DNA from: Escherichia phage 4E10
Direction: 5' to 3' (one strand)
DNA length: 64,000 nt
Sequence record: OQ689735.1
Below are positions 20,115 to 38,600 of this stretch, piece by piece. The stretch's first letter is position 1. Every line of letters begins with the position of its first letter. A program made the position numbers and the translations under genes. The notes below the pieces were generated by a model. It saw only the letters and a list, made by a program, of their open reading frames with translations. It had not been told where the DNA came from and did not search any database.

Positions 20115-21919
20115 TGAAACAAAATATTAATATCGGTAATGTTGTAGATGATGGTACCGGTGACTACCTGCGTAAAGGTGGTATAAAAATAAATGAAAAC
20201 TTTGATGAGCTTTATTATGAACTCGGTGATGGTGATGTTCCATATTCAGCCGGTGCCTGGAAAACTTATAACGCTTCATCTGGGCAAACATTAACAGCAG
20301 AATGGGGAAAATCATACGCTATTAATACTTCGTCTGGGAGAGTAACACTACAACTTCCTAAAGGAACTGTTAATGATTACAACAAGGTAATTAGAGCTAG
20401 AGACGTATTCGCTACATGGAACATCAATCCAGTTACGCTAGTAGCTGCTTCTGGCGATACGATTAAAGGGTCGTCATCATCGGTTGAAATTAATATTCAA
20501 TTCAGTGATTTGGAGTTAGTTTATTGTGCTCCAGGACGCTGGGAATATGTCAAAAATAAGCAAATTGACAAAATTACCAGTTCAGACATTAGTAATGTAG
20601 CTCGTAAAGAATTTTTAGTTGAAGTTCAAGGACAAACTGACTTTTTAGATGTTTTCAATGGAACTAGTTATAATGTTAATAACATCCGAGTAAAACACCG
20701 CGGTAATGAATTATATTATGGCGATGTATTTAGTGAAAACAGTGACTTTGGCTCTCCTGGGGAAAATGAAGGAGAATTGATTCCTCTTGATGGATTTAAT
20801 ATTAGGTTAAGACAGCCTTGTAATATTGGTGACACTGTTCAAATTGAAACATTTATGGATGGTGTATCACAATGGAGAAGTTCATATACAAGACGCCAAA
20901 TAAAAGTATTAGATTCAAAATTAACGTCAAAAACTTCTTTAGAAGGAAGCATTTATGTTACTGATTTATCGGCGATGAAATCAATTCCATTCTCCGCATT
21001 TGGATTAATTCCTGGTGAACCAATTAATCCGAACTCTCTTGAGGTTCGTTTTAATGGAATTTTGCAGCAGCAGGCTGGAACAGCTGGATATCCTCTGTTT
21101 TTGTGTGAAGGCGCTAATTCAGATACGCAAGAAGGATGTATATCTCTTGGTGGCGAATGGAAAGAATCAAACACCGATTATTCTATAGAATATGAAGACG
21201 GAAAACCTATCAGTCTTTTATTTGATAGAAAATTTGAATCCGGTGACATTATCGTTATAACATGGTTCAATAATGATTTAGGAACTCTTTTAGAAAAAGA
21301 TGACATTATTGAATTGACTGATGACCGTTATGTTAGTAAAGGATCATCTACTGAAGTTACTGGTGATGTGGCCTTAACAGATTTTGATAAAATCGGTTGG
21401 CCAAATGTTGAAAAAGTTGATTCTTATACTAGAACGTATAATTCAATATCATCTATTTTCGACAGCATTTATCCTGTTGGTTCAATTTATGAAAATGCTA
21501 TAAACCCAAATAATCCGGTGACTTATATGGGATTTGGTTCATGGAAATTATTTGGTAAAGGACAAGTTTTAGTAGGATGGAATGATGATGTTACGGATCC
21601 AAACTTTGCTTTAAACAATAATGATTTAGATTCTAGCGGAAATCCTTCACATACGGCAGGTGGAACGGTTGGAACAACATCAGTAACGCTTGAAAACGCA
21701 AATCTTCCTGCAACTAAAACCGACGAAAGAGTTTTAATTGAAGACGAAAATGGATCGGTTATTATTGGAGGTTGCCAATATGACCCAGATGAAACTGGTC
21801 CTATATATACAAAATATCGTGAAGATTACGCAACAACAAACTCTTCACATACTCCTCCTGCTAATATTAGTAATATTCAACCGTCTATTACTGTATACCG
21901 TTGGATAAGGATTGCATAA
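20114..21919 (+). CDS. 10: baseplate wedge subunit and tail pin
   Basis: 601 aa; synteny. Confidence 0.9.
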   Translation: MKQNINIGNVVDDGTGDYLRKGGIKINENFDELYYELGDGDVPYSAGAWKTYNASSGQTLTAEWGKSYAINTSSGRVTLQLPKGTVNDYNKVIRARDVFATWNINPVTLVAASGDTIKGSSSSVEINIQFSDLELVYCAPGRWEYVKNKQIDKITSSDISNVARKEFLVEVQGQTDFLDVFNGTSYNVNNIRVKHRGNELYYGDVFSENSDFGSPGENEGELIPLDGFNIRLRQPCNIGDTVQIETFMDGVSQWRSSYTRRQIKVLDSKLTSKTSLEGSIYVTDLSAMKSIPFSAFGLIPGEPINPNSLEVRFNGILQQQAGTAGYPLFLCEGANSDTQEGCISLGGEWKESNTDYSIEYEDGKPISLLFDRKFESGDIIVITWFNNDLGTLLEKDDIIELTDDRYVSKGSSTEVTGDVALTDFDKIGWPNVEKVDSYTRTYNSISSIFDSIYPVGSIYENAINPNNPVTYMGFGSWKLFGKGQVLVGWNDDVTDPNFALNNNDLDSSGNPSHTAGGTVGTTSVTLENANLPATKTDERVLIEDENGSVIIGGCQYDPDETGPIYTKYREDYATTNSSHTPPANISNIQPSITVYRWIRIA

Positions 21920-22578
21920 TGAGTTTACTTAATAATAAAGCGGGAGTTATTTCCCGCTTAGCAGATTTTCTTGGTTTTAGAACTAAGAAAAATGATATTT
22001 CGGTTATGAATAATCAGCCAGTAGGTGCTGTAACAATTTCACAAATAGCAAAAGGGTTTTATGACCCAAATGTAGAATCTGCTATTAATGATGTTAGAAA
22101 TATGGCAGAGCAACAGGTTGGAGCTGTATTAGTTAATATAAGTGGCGTATCTCCTACTGGCGTGCAGCAAACAGACTATTGGTCATTTGAAGGAACTGTC
22201 AATGATACTTCAGCCAAACCAGGTGACCCGGTTATTGTTAACATGTTTGGCATTCCTGTTAAAGCTACTAATGGAATGACTTCAATCGAATTTACTAGTG
22301 CCGTTAGAACAGCTCTGCAGGAAATGGTTGCAAAATTTATTGCAATTGATTCATTTGAAGACCATCCTACCATAGGAAATAAAATACAAGTTAAGTATTT
22401 AGATAATCAAGAACATATCTTAGAACAATACTCTGATAAAGGAATTACTTTCAAACAAGAAATAATTTCTCCTTCTAAACCTGGGTATGGAACTTGGCAA
22501 TTATTAGGTGCGCAAACTGTTACGCTAGATAGTCACACACAACCTACAGTATTTTATTATTTTGAGAGAATAGCATGA
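21919..22578 (+). CDS. 11: baseplate wedge subunit and tail pin
   Basis: 219 aa from ATG 21919 (MSLLNNKAG...), TAATG overlap with the gene 10 stop. Confidence 0.9.
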   Translation: MSLLNNKAGVISRLADFLGFRTKKNDISVMNNQPVGAVTISQIAKGFYDPNVESAINDVRNMAEQQVGAVLVNISGVSPTGVQQTDYWSFEGTVNDTSAKPGDPVIVNMFGIPVKATNGMTSIEFTSAVRTALQEMVAKFIAIDSFEDHPTIGNKIQVKYLDNQEHILEQYSDKGITFKQEIISPSKPGYGTWQLLGAQTVTLDSHTQPTVFYYFERIA

Positions 22579-24125
22579 GTAACAATACATATCAGCACGT
22601 ATCAAATGAATCAAAATATGTTAAATTCGATCCTACTGGATCGAATTTTCCTGACACTGTCACGACAGTGCAGTCTGCATTATCAAAAATAAGTAATATC
22701 GGCGTAAATGGTATTCCTGATGCAACTATGGAAGTTAAAGGAATAGCAATGATTGCGTCAGAGCAAGAGGTTTTAGATGGAACTAATAATTCTAAAATCG
22801 TTACACCCGCTACATTAGCAACAAGATTATTGTATCCAAATGCTACTGAAACTAAATATGGTTTAACGCGCTATTCAACAAATGAAGAAACATTAGAAGG
22901 CTCAGATAATAATTCATCAATAACGCCGCAAAAACTGAAATACCATACTGACGATGTGTTCCAAAATAGATATTCGTCTGAGTCATCAAATGGAGTTATT
23001 AAAATATCATCTACACCTGCAGCTTTAGCTGGAGTTGATGATACTACGGCAATGACTCCATTAAAAACGCAAAAACTTGCAATAAAATTAATTTCACAAA
23101 TAGCTCCTTCCGAAGATACTGCATCAGAATCTGTGAGAGGTGTAGTTCAATTATCTACTGTTGCGCAAACTCGTCAAGGAACTCTCCGCGAAGGATATGC
23201 AATTTCTCCGTATACCTTTATGAATTCTGTTGCAACACAAGAATATAAGGGTGTTATACGTTTAGGAACACAATCGGAAATTAACAGTAATTTAGGAGAT
23301 GTTGCAGTAACAGGCGAAACATTAAATGGTCGAGGAGCTACTGGTTCTATGCGCGGTGTAGTAAAATTAACGACGCAAGCCGGTATTGCCCCCGAGGGTG
23401 ATGGCTCTGGAGCATTAGCATGGAACGCAGATGTAATTAATACACGCGGTGGACAAACTATTAATGGTTCTTTAAATTTAGACCATCTTACAGCAAATGG
23501 AATTTGGTCGCGCGGCGGTATGTGGAAAAATGGTGATCAACCTGTTGCCACTGAAAGATATGCGTCTGAAAGGGTTCCAGTTGGAACTATTATGATGTTT
23601 GCGGGTGATTCTGCACCTCCAGGTTGGATTATGTGCCATGGTGGAACCGTGTCAGGAGATCAATATCCTGATTATAGAAACACAGTTGGAACAAGATTTG
23701 GTGGTGATTGGAATAACCCTGGCATTCCTGATATGCGAGGTCTTTTCGTCAGAGGAGCTGGCACAGGAGGTCATATTTTAAATCAACGAGGACAAGATGG
23801 TTATGGAAAGGATAGACTTGGCGTAGGATGTGACGGAATGCATGTTGGCGGTGTTCAAGCACAACAAATGTCATACCATAAACATGCTGGTGGCTGGGGA
23901 GAATACCAAAGACATGAAGCTCCATTTGGCGCGTCCGTTTATCAAGGATATCTTGGAACTAGAAAATATGCCGACTGGGATAACGCTTCATACTTCACTA
24001 ATGATGGATTTGAATTAGGTGGACCGAGAGATGCCCTTGGTACACTTAATCGTGAAGGATTAATTGGTTATGAAACTAGACCATGGAATATATCATTAAA
24101 CTATATTATTAAAATTCATTACTAA
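22575..24125 (+). CDS. 12: short tail fibre protein
   Basis: 516 aa; synteny and size near T4 gp12. Confidence 0.85.
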   Translation: MSNNTYQHVSNESKYVKFDPTGSNFPDTVTTVQSALSKISNIGVNGIPDATMEVKGIAMIASEQEVLDGTNNSKIVTPATLATRLLYPNATETKYGLTRYSTNEETLEGSDNNSSITPQKLKYHTDDVFQNRYSSESSNGVIKISSTPAALAGVDDTTAMTPLKTQKLAIKLISQIAPSEDTASESVRGVVQLSTVAQTRQGTLREGYAISPYTFMNSVATQEYKGVIRLGTQSEINSNLGDVAVTGETLNGRGATGSMRGVVKLTTQAGIAPEGDGSGALAWNADVINTRGGQTINGSLNLDHLTANGIWSRGGMWKNGDQPVATERYASERVPVGTIMMFAGDSAPPGWIMCHGGTVSGDQYPDYRNTVGTRFGGDWNNPGIPDMRGLFVRGAGTGGHILNQRGQDGYGKDRLGVGCDGMHVGGVQAQQMSYHKHAGGWGEYQRHEAPFGASVYQGYLGTRKYADWDNASYFTNDGFELGGPRDALGTLNREGLIGYETRPWNISLNYIIKIHY

Positions 24126-24134
24126 GGATTACAA

Positions 24135-25592
24135 ATGATTGAATTAAAAGAGTTACCTTTTGTTGATAGCGTTCCTGGCGAAGGTCAGGAACGTATTTCA
24201 TGGATTAAAAATGGTGAAGAAATATTAGGAGCTAGTACTAAGTATGGAAACGATGGGTCAATGAATAGACCAACTGTTTCCGTGTTTAAAAACGTCGAGG
24301 TTCTCGACGAAAATGTAGGAATTCTTAAAACTGCCATTGAAACATCTCAGGAAGATATTAAAACTATTCAAGGCATTTTAGATGTATCAGGAGATATAGA
24401 AGCGCTATCACAGATCAGCGTTAATAAAAATGATATATCAAGTTTAAAGACGCTCACAAGTGAACATACTGATATATTAAATGGTACAAATACTACGGTT
24501 GATAATATTCTTTCTGATATTGGTCCATTTAATTCGCAAGCAAATTCAGTTTATAGAACGATTAGAAATGATTTGCTGTGGATTAAAAGGGAACTAGGAC
24601 AATATGCTGGACAAGATATTAATGGTCTTCCTGTTGTAGGAAATAGCAGCACGGGGATGAAGCACCGTATCATTAATAATACAGATGCTATAACTTCCCA
24701 AGGAATACGTCTAAGTGATTTGGAAGAAAAATTTATTGAATCTGATGTAGGTTCGCTTACAATCGAAGTAGGAAATCTTAGACAGGAATTAGGACAAAGA
24801 CCGCCTTCATTTAGTGAAAGTATATATTCGCGTGTGCATAATTTAGATCAATCACAAATTAATCTTAATTCCGAAATTAAATCTATCAAAACTTCTATTG
24901 GATATCCAGGAAATACTTCAATAATCACAGATGTTAACACTAATACACGAGAAATTTCAGCTTTAACTGATGAGCTAAATAAAAGCGGAGGTGTTAAACA
25001 GCGATTAACTGTCATTGAAACATCAATTGGCTCAGATGATATTCCTTCTAGTATTAAAGGTAAAATTAAAGATAATACAACATCTATTGAGTTTTTAAAT
25101 GGAATTGTTGGTGAAAACACTTCATCTGGACTACGAGCAAACGTTTCGTGGTTAAACCAAATTGTTGGAACTGATTCTAGCGGTGGACAACCTTCTCCTC
25201 CTGGGTCTCTTTTAAATAGAGTTTCAACTGTTGAAACTTCCGTTAATAGACTGAATAATGATGTTCAAAACTTGCAAGTTGAAATTGGTAATAACAATTC
25301 CGGAATTAAAGGACAGGTTGTAACATTAAATAAATTAGTAAATGGAACAAATCCAAATGGTTCAACTGTCGAAGAACGTGGATTAACTAATTCAATAAAA
25401 GCTAATGAAACTAACATTTCTTCTATTAATCAAGAAATGCGTAGTATTAAAAGTAATGTATCTTCATTACAGGCGGATGTTCAGACTTTACAGGAAGCAG
25501 GTTATATTCCTGAAGCTCCAAAAGATGGTCAAGCTTACGTTCGTAAAGACGGCGAATGGGTATTACTTTCTACCTTTTTATCACCAGCATAA
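24135..25592 (+). CDS. wac: fibritin (neck whiskers)
   Basis: 485 aa; coiled-coil segments; C-terminal foldon [27 protein letters not shown]. Confidence 0.95.
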   Translation: MIELKELPFVDSVPGEGQERISWIKNGEEILGASTKYGNDGSMNRPTVSVFKNVEVLDENVGILKTAIETSQEDIKTIQGILDVSGDIEALSQISVNKNDISSLKTLTSEHTDILNGTNTTVDNILSDIGPFNSQANSVYRTIRNDLLWIKRELGQYAGQDINGLPVVGNSSTGMKHRIINNTDAITSQGIRLSDLEEKFIESDVGSLTIEVGNLRQELGQRPPSFSESIYSRVHNLDQSQINLNSEIKSIKTSIGYPGNTSIITDVNTNTREISALTDELNKSGGVKQRLTVIETSIGSDDIPSSIKGKIKDNTTSIEFLNGIVGENTSSGLRANVSWLNQIVGTDSSGGQPSPPGSLLNRVSTVETSVNRLNNDVQNLQVEIGNNNSGIKGQVVTLNKLVNGTNPNGSTVEERGLTNSIKANETNISSINQEMRSIKSNVSSLQADVQTLQEAGYIPEAPKDGQAYVRKDGEWVLLSTFLSPA

Positions 25593-25595
25593 CAT

Positions 25596-25620
25596 GGGGC
25601 CGCAAGGCCCCAAAGGATTT
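25596..25620 (+). terminator. hairpin after wac (weak terminator or RNA stability element)
   Basis: GGGGCC-GCAA-GGCCCC followed by AAAGGAUUUUU. Confidence 0.35.
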
Positions 25621-25624
25621 TTAA

Positions 25625-27326
<1,702 letters not shown>

Positions 27327-27367
27327 TAAATATTATAAACTAATTAAAGCCCAGATTAGGAGAAATC

Positions 27368-30508
<3,141 letters not shown>

Positions 30509-30536
30509 TATTAAAGCATATTAAAGAGGATTAAAA

Positions 30537-32516
30537 ATGACTTTATTATCTCCGGGCATTGAGCTCAAAGAAACTACGGTTCAAAGCACCGTGGTTAATA
30601 ACTCTACTGGTACAGCAGCTTTGGCCGGTAAATTCCAGTGGGGTCCTGCTTTTCAAATTAAACAGGTTACAAATGAAGTAGATTTAGTTAATACTTTTGG
30701 TCAACCTACAGCTGAAACTGCTGACTATTTTATGTCTGCAATGAATTTCTTACAATACGGAAATGATTTGCGAGTTGTGCGTGCTGTCGATAGAGATACC
30801 GCTAAAAACTCATCTCCGATTGCCGGTAATATTGAATACACTATTTCTACCCCAGGTAGTAACTACGCGGTTGGAGATAAAATCACGGTTAAGTATGTTT
30901 CAGAAGATGTTGAAACAGAATGTAAAGTTACCGAAGTAGATGCTGATGGAAAAATTAAGAAAATTAATATTCCTACCGCAAAAATTATCGCTAAAGCGAA
31001 AGAAGTAGGCGAATATCCAGCATTAGGTTCTAACTGGACCGCGGAAATTTCTTCGTCTTCATCTGGTTTAGCTGCAGTAATAACTCTTGGAAAAATTATT
31101 ACTGATTCTGGTATTTTATTAGCTGAAATTGAAAATGCCGAAGCTGCCATGACAGCTGTTGACTTTCAAGCAAATCTCGAAAAATATGGAATTCCAGGAG
31201 TAGTAGCTCTTTATCCAGGCGAGTTGGGCGATAAAATCGAAATTGAAATCGTATCTAAAGCTGACTACGCAAAAGGTGCTTCTGCATTACTTCCAATTTA
31301 TCCAGGCGGCGGAACACGCGCATCTACTGCCAAAGCAGTGTTTGGGTATGGACCACAAACTGATTCACAATACGCTATTATAGTTCGTCGCAATGATGCT
31401 ATTGTTCAAAGCGTTGTTCTTTCAACGAAGCGTGGTGAAAAAGATATTTACGATAGTAACATCTATATTGACGACTTTTTCGCAAAAGGTGGTTCAGAAT
31501 ATATTTTCGCAACTGCACAAAACTGGCCAGAAGGCTTCTCTGGAATTTTAACTCTGTCTGGTGGATTATCATCAAATGCTGAAGTAACAGCAGGAGATTT
31601 GATGGAAGCTTGGGACTTCTTTGCTGACCGTGAATCTGTTGATGTTCAGTTGTTTATTGCGGGTTCTTGTGCCGGTGAATCTTTAGAAACAGCATCTACT
31701 GTCCAAAAACACGTCGTTTCAATTGGGGATGCTCGCCAAGATTGCTTAGTACTGTGCTCGCCACCGCGTGAAACTGTAGTTGGAATTCCTGTAACTCGTG
31801 CTGTTGATAACTTAGTCAATTGGAGAACTGCAGCAGGTTCATACACTGATAATAACTTTAATATCAGTTCAACCTACGCAGCAATTGATGGTAACTACAA
31901 GTATCAGTATGACAAATATAATGATGTAAATCGTTGGGTTCCATTAGCAGCTGATATTGCTGGTTTATGCGCGAGAACCGATAACGTTTCTCAGACTTGG
32001 ATGTCTCCAGCTGGTTATAATCGCGGCCAGATTTTGAACGTTATTAAACTTGCTATTGAAACTCGCCAGGCGCAGCGCGACCGTTTATATCAAGAAGCTA
32101 TCAACCCAGTAACTGGTACAGGTGGTGATGGTTACGTATTGTATGGTGATAAAACAGCTACTTCTGTTCCTTCTCCATTTGATCGTATTAACGTTCGTCG
32201 TCTGTTTAATATGTTGAAAACGAATATCGGACGTAGTTCAAAATATCGTTTGTTCGAATTAAACAACGCGTTTACTCGTTCATCGTTCCGCACAGAAACT
32301 TCCCAGTACTTGCAGGGAATTAAAGCTCTCGGTGGAATTTATGAATATCGTGTAGTTTGCGATACAACAAATAACACTCCGTCAGTAATTGATAGAAATG
32401 AGTTTGTTGCAACATTCTACATCCAACCGGCTAGAAGCATTAACTACATTACCTTAAACTTCGTAGCAACTGCTACTGGCGCAGATTTCGATGAGTTAAC
32501 TGGTCTTGCAGGTTAA
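30537..32516 (+). CDS. 18: tail sheath protein
   Basis: 659 aa; TATAAATA at 30501; synteny. Confidence 0.95.
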   Translation: MTLLSPGIELKETTVQSTVVNNSTGTAALAGKFQWGPAFQIKQVTNEVDLVNTFGQPTAETADYFMSAMNFLQYGNDLRVVRAVDRDTAKNSSPIAGNIEYTISTPGSNYAVGDKITVKYVSEDVETECKVTEVDADGKIKKINIPTAKIIAKAKEVGEYPALGSNWTAEISSSSSGLAAVITLGKIITDSGILLAEIENAEAAMTAVDFQANLEKYGIPGVVALYPGELGDKIEIEIVSKADYAKGASALLPIYPGGGTRASTAKAVFGYGPQTDSQYAIIVRRNDAIVQSVVLSTKRGEKDIYDSNIYIDDFFAKGGSEYIFATAQNWPEGFSGILTLSGGLSSNAEVTAGDLMEAWDFFADRESVDVQLFIAGSCAGESLETASTVQKHVVSIGDARQDCLVLCSPPRETVVGIPVTRAVDNLVNWRTAAGSYTDNNFNISSTYAAIDGNYKYQYDKYNDVNRWVPLAADIAGLCARTDNVSQTWMSPAGYNRGQILNVIKLAIETRQAQRDRLYQEAINPVTGTGGDGYVLYGDKTATSVPSPFDRINVRRLFNMLKTNIGRSSKYRLFELNNAFTRSSFRTETSQYLQGIKALGGIYEYRVVCDTTNNTPSVIDRNEFVATFYIQPARSINYITLNFVATATGADFDELTGLAG

Positions 32517-32551
32517 TACGGTGCATTCTAAAGGCCTGTTTCGGCAGGCCA

Positions 32552-32559
32552 TATAAATA
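32552..32559 (+). promoter_or_regulatory. late promoter (distal) for gene 19
   Basis: TATAAATA following the GGCCUG..CAGGCC hairpin at 32533-32550. Confidence 0.5.
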
Positions 32560-32610
32560 CACTATATCCTTAATTCTTTAATTCTATATGCCCTAGGTTA
32601 AACATAGGGA

Positions 32611-32618
32611 TATAAATA
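32611..32618 (+). promoter_or_regulatory. late promoter (proximal) for gene 19
   Basis: TATAAATA 15 bp upstream of the ATG; CCCTAGG..TAGGG hairpin at 32591-32609 lies between the two promoters. Confidence 0.55.
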
Positions 32619-32632
32619 CTACAGAGGCTAAT

Positions 32633-33124
32633 ATGTTTGTAGATGATGTAACACGAGCGTTTGAATCTGGTGATTTTGCTCGACCTAACTTATTCCAAGT
32701 AGAAATTTCTTATCTTGGACAAAATTTTACGTTTCAATGCAAAGCCACTGCTTTACCAGCTGGTATTGTAGAAAAAATTCCAGTCGGATTTATGAACCGT
32801 AAAATTAACGTAGCAGGCGATCGTACATTCGATGACTGGACTGTTACAGTAATGAACGATGAGGCACATGATGCTCGCCAGAAGTTTGTTGATTGGCAAA
32901 GCATTGCTGCTGGGCAAGGGAACGAAATTACTGGTGGAAAACCAGCAGAGTATAAAAAGAGCGCTGTTGTTCGCCAATACGCTCGTGATGCTAAAACTGT
33001 AACAAAAGAAGTCGAAATTAAAGGCCTGTGGCCTACTAACGTGGGTGAACTTCAATTAGATTGGGATTCAAACAATGAAATCCAAACCTTTGAAGTAACT
33101 CTTGCTCTCGATTATTGGGAATAA
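32633..33124 (+). CDS. 19: tail tube protein
   Basis: 163 aa; two TATAAATA elements upstream. Confidence 0.95.
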   Translation: MFVDDVTRAFESGDFARPNLFQVEISYLGQNFTFQCKATALPAGIVEKIPVGFMNRKINVAGDRTFDDWTVTVMNDEAHDARQKFVDWQSIAAGQGNEITGGKPAEYKKSAVVRQYARDAKTVTKEVEIKGLWPTNVGELQLDWDSNNEIQTFEVTLALDYWE

Positions 33125-33156
33125 AATGAATGGGGAGAAATCCCCATCCTGCTTAA

Positions 33157-34781
<1,625 letters not shown>

Positions 34782-34782
<1 letters not shown>

Positions 34783-35030
34783 TGGAAGGTTTAATTGAAG
34801 CTATTAAATCAAACGACCTCGTAGCCGCTCGTAAATTATTTGCTGAAGCCATGGCTGCAAGAACGATTGATTTAATTAAAGAAGAAAAAATCGCTATCGC
34901 TCGTAATTTCTTAATCGAAGGTGAAGAACCTGATGACGAGGATGATGACGAAGACGAAGATAGTGATGATAAAGACGACAAAAAAGACAAAGACTCTGAT
35001 GAAGATGACGAAGACGAGGATGATGAATAA
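34782..35030 (+). CDS. 67: prohead core protein
   Basis: 82 aa with poly-acidic C-terminus; position between 20 and 68. Confidence 0.85.
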
Positions 35031-35455
35031 TGCTTCTGATCCCTGAAACTCATGAATTAGTTCTCGAGAATGTCGAAGCACTTATTCCTGAAGCACAGGG
35101 TCGCTTTGACGAATTGTCTTCTGCTTTAAATAAAGACGATATAAATACAATTGTCGAGAATATGCTTGATGATGAAACTGATTTAGCGGTTGCATTAGCT
35201 TCTATTAATGAAAATATGCCGCTAAATGAATTTATCGTTAAACATGTTTCCGCCCGTGGTGAAATTACACGTACTAAAGACCGCAAGACGCGTGAACGTA
35301 ATGCATTTCAAACCACCGGGCTGTCTAAAGCAAAACGTAGACAAATTGCTCGTAAAGCTACCAAAACGAAGATTGCCAATCCAGCAGGTCAATCTCGTGC
35401 TCAGCGTAAGCGTAAAAAAGCTCTTAAACGCCGTAAAGCATTAGGATTAAGCTAA
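35030..35455 (+). CDS. 68: prohead core protein
   Basis: 141 aa; synteny. Confidence 0.85.
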
Positions 35456-36093
35456 TGAATGAACCCCAATTACTAATTGAAACTTGGGGTCAACCTGGCG
35501 AAATTATTGATGGCGTACCAATGCTTGAATCTCATGATGGAAAAGACCTCGGTTTAAAACCTGGTTTATACATCGAAGGAATATTCATGCAAGCGGAAGT
35601 CGTCAATAGAAATAAACGTCTTTATCCAAAACGCATATTAGAAAAAGCGGTAAAAGACTATATCAATGAGCAAGTTTTAACAAAACAAGCTCTCGGAGAA
35701 TTAAATCATCCTCCACGCGCTAATGTTGACCCGATGCAAGCCGCTATCATTATAGAAGATATGTGGTGGAAAGGAAATGACGTATACGGACGAGCTCGTG
35801 TTATTGAAGGTGACCATGGTCCTGGAGATAAATTAGCAGCTAATATTCGTGCCGGATGGATTCCAGGAGTTTCTTCTCGTGGATTAGGTTCATTGACTGA
35901 CACAAATAAAGGTTATCGTATCGTAAACGAAGGATTCAAATTAACTGTAGGTGTTGATGCAGTATGGGGTCCAAGTGCTCCAGATGCATGGGTAACTCCT
36001 AAGGAAATTACCGAATCACAGACGGCGGAAGCCGATACAAGTGCCGATGACGCCTATATGGCTCTCGCAGAGGCCATGAAAAAAGCGTTATAA
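35455..36093 (+). CDS. 21: prohead core scaffold protein and protease
   Basis: 212 aa; synteny. Confidence 0.9.
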   Translation: MNEPQLLIETWGQPGEIIDGVPMLESHDGKDLGLKPGLYIEGIFMQAEVVNRNKRLYPKRILEKAVKDYINEQVLTKQALGELNHPPRANVDPMQAAIIIEDMWWKGNDVYGRARVIEGDHGPGDKLAANIRAGWIPGVSSRGLGSLTDTNKGYRIVNEGFKLTVGVDAVWGPSAPDAWVTPKEITESQTAEADTSADDAYMALAEAMKKAL

Positions 36094-36096
36094 ATA
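36089..36096 (+). promoter_or_regulatory. late promoter for gene 22
   Basis: TATAAATA overlapping the gene 21 stop, 28 bp upstream of the ATG. Confidence 0.6.
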
Positions 36097-36123
36097 TTAT
36101 TATCTAAACAACAGGACTACAAA

Positions 36124-36933
36124 ATGCTTAAAGAACAACTGATTGCTGAAGCGCAAAAAATTGATGCTTCCGTTGCTCTTGATAGTATTTTCGAATCAGT
36201 TAATATTTCTCCGGAAGCAAAAGAAACTTTCGGCACTGTATTCGAAGCTACCGTCAAGCAGCACGCCGTTAAATTAGCTGAATCTCATATCGCTAAAATT
36301 GCTGAAAAAGCAGAAGAAGAAGTAGAAAAAAATAAAGAAGAAGCCGAAGAAAAAGCTGAGAAGAAAATCGCTGAGCAAGCTTCTAAATTCATCGACCATC
36401 TTGCGAAAGAATGGCTCGCTGAAAATAAATTAGCAGTTGATAAAGGCATCAAAGCCGAACTGTTTGAATCCATGCTTGGTGGATTAAAAGAGCTCTTTGT
36501 TGAACACAACGTCGTTGTTCCAGAAGAATCAGTTGATGTTGTAGCTGAAATGGAAGAAGAGCTGCAAGAACATAAAGAAGAATCAGCTCGTCTGTTCGAA
36601 GAACTCAATATGCGCGACGCATATATCAATTATGTGCAGCGTGAAGTGGCATTGAGCGAAAGTACTAAAGATCTGACTGAGTCTCAAAAAGAAAAAGTCT
36701 CTGCTCTGGTCGAAGGTATGGATTATTCAGATGCATTCTCAAGTAAATTGAGTGCCATCGTAGAAATGGTGAAGAAGTCTAATAAAGATGAAAGCACTAT
36801 TACTGAGGGTATAAATACTCCTGATACTGAAGCAGCCGGACTGAATTTCGTCACTGAAGCTGTAGAAGATAAAGCTGCACCTGGTGCAGAAGATATTGTA
36901 AGTGTATATGCGAAAGTCGCATCTCGTTTCTAA
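36124..36933 (+). CDS. 22: prohead core scaffold protein
   Basis: 269 aa, acidic helical; TATAAATA at 36089. Confidence 0.9.
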   Translation: MLKEQLIAEAQKIDASVALDSIFESVNISPEAKETFGTVFEATVKQHAVKLAESHIAKIAEKAEEEVEKNKEEAEEKAEKKIAEQASKFIDHLAKEWLAENKLAVDKGIKAELFESMLGGLKELFVEHNVVVPEESVDVVAEMEEELQEHKEESARLFEELNMRDAYINYVQREVALSESTKDLTESQKEKVSALVEGMDYSDAFSSKLSAIVEMVKKSNKDESTITEGINTPDTEAAGLNFVTEAVEDKAAPGAEDIVSVYAKVASRF

Positions 36934-36951
36934 TTTTAAAGGTTAACACAA

Positions 36952-38517
36952 ATGACTATCAAAACTAAAGCTGAACTTTTGAACAAATGGAAGCCATTAC
37001 TGGAAGGTGAAGGTTTACCGGAAATTGCTAATAGCAAACAAGCGATTATCGCTAAAATCTTTGAAAACCAGGAAAAAGATTTCCAGACAGCTCCAGAATA
37101 CAAAGACGAAAAAATCGCTCAGGCGTTCGGTTCTTTCTTAACAGAAGCTGAAATCGGTGGTGACCACGGTTACAACGCTACTAACATCGCTGCTGGTCAA
37201 ACTTCTGGCGCAGTAACTCAGATTGGCCCAGCTGTTATGGGTATGGTACGTCGTGCTATTCCTAACCTGATTGCTTTCGATATTTGCGGTGTTCAGCCGA
37301 TGAACAGCCCGACTGGTCAGGTATTCGCACTGCGCGCAGTATATGGTAAAGACCCAATCGCTGCCGGCGCTAAAGAAGCATTCCACCCAATGTATGGTCC
37401 AGATGCAATGTTCTCTGGTCATGGTGCTGCTAAGAAATTCCCAGCTTTGGCTGCTAATACCACTACAGTCGTAGGTGACATTTATTCTCACTTCTTCCAG
37501 GAAACTGGTACCGTATATCTGCAAGCTTCTGCTGTCGTAACACTTGATTCTAGTGCGACTGATGCTGCTAAATTAGATGCCGAAGTTAAGAAACAAATGG
37601 AAGCTGGTGCACTGGTAGAAATCGCTGAAGGTATGGCTACTTCTATCGCTGAACTTCAGGAAGGTTTCAATGGTTCTACTGATAACCCATGGAATGAAAT
37701 GGGCTTCCGTATCGATAAACAAGTTATCGAAGCTAAATCTCGTCAGCTGAAAGCTGCTTACTCTATCGAATTAGCACAAGACCTCCGCGCTGTTCACGGC
37801 ATGGATGCTGATGCTGAACTGTCTGGTATTCTGGCTACCGAAATCATGCTGGAAATCAACCGTGAAGTTGTTGATTGGATTAACTACTCAGCTCAGGTTG
37901 GTAAATCTGGTATGACCCTGACTCCGGGTTCTAAAGCTGGTGTATTTGACTTCCAGGATCCGATTGATATTCGTGGTGCTCGCTGGGCGGGTGAATCCTT
38001 TAAAGCTCTGTTGTTCCAGATTGACAAAGAAGCAGTTGAAATTGCTCGTCAGACCGGTCGTGGTGAAGGTAACTTCATTATCGCTTCCCGTAACGTAGTT
38101 AACGTTCTGGCTTCAGTTGATACTGGCATTTCTTATGCTGCACAGGGTCTGGCTACCGGCTTTAACACTGATACTACCAAGTCAGTATTTGCTGGTGTTC
38201 TGGGTGGTAAATACCGTGTATATATCGACCAGTATGCTAAACAGGATTATTTCACTGTAGGTTATAAAGGTCCGAACGAAATGGATGCTGGTATTTACTA
38301 TGCTCCATATGTAGCTCTGACTCCGCTGCGTGGTTCCGATCCGAAGAACTTCCAACCAGTAATGGGATTCAAAACTCGTTACGGTATCGGTATCAACCCA
38401 TTTGCAGAATCCGCTGCTCAGGCTCCGGCTTCTCGCATCCAGAGCGGTATGCCTTCTATTCTGAATAGCCTTGGTAAAAACGCTTACTTCCGCCGTGTAT
38501 ATGTTAAAGGTATCTAA
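36952..38517 (+). CDS. 23: major capsid protein
   Basis: 521 aa, MTIKTKAELLNKWKPLLEGEG...; strong terminator after the stop. Confidence 0.95.
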   Translation: MTIKTKAELLNKWKPLLEGEGLPEIANSKQAIIAKIFENQEKDFQTAPEYKDEKIAQAFGSFLTEAEIGGDHGYNATNIAAGQTSGAVTQIGPAVMGMVRRAIPNLIAFDICGVQPMNSPTGQVFALRAVYGKDPIAAGAKEAFHPMYGPDAMFSGHGAAKKFPALAANTTTVVGDIYSHFFQETGTVYLQASAVVTLDSSATDAAKLDAEVKKQMEAGALVEIAEGMATSIAELQEGFNGSTDNPWNEMGFRIDKQVIEAKSRQLKAAYSIELAQDLRAVHGMDADAELSGILATEIMLEINREVVDWINYSAQVGKSGMTLTPGSKAGVFDFQDPIDIRGARWAGESFKALLFQIDKEAVEIARQTGRGEGNFIIASRNVVNVLASVDTGISYAAQGLATGFNTDTTKSVFAGVLGGKYRVYIDQYAKQDYFTVGYKGPNEMDAGIYYAPYVALTPLRGSDPKNFQPVMGFKTRYGIGINPFAESAAQAPASRIQSGMPSILNSLGKNAYFRRVYVKGI

Positions 38518-38530
38518 TCTTTGACGATTT

Positions 38531-38560
38531 AAGGGACCTTCGGGTCCCTTTAGTTGTTTT
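38531..38560 (+). terminator. terminator after gene 23
   Basis: AAGGGACC-UUCG-GGUCCCUU hairpin followed by a U-rich tract. Confidence 0.6.
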
Positions 38561-38565
38561 TATGG

Positions 38566-38573
38566 TATAAATA
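38566..38573 (+). promoter_or_regulatory. late promoter for gene 24
   Basis: TATAAATA after the gene 23 terminator. Confidence 0.6.
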
Positions 38574-38600
38574 AATCATATAAACCAAAAGGAAAGCGCA

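Noticed and set aside
36285-36629. 114-aa minus-strand ORF rich in Ser
   Set aside because: Entirely inside gene 22 on the opposite strand, with no SD or promoter.
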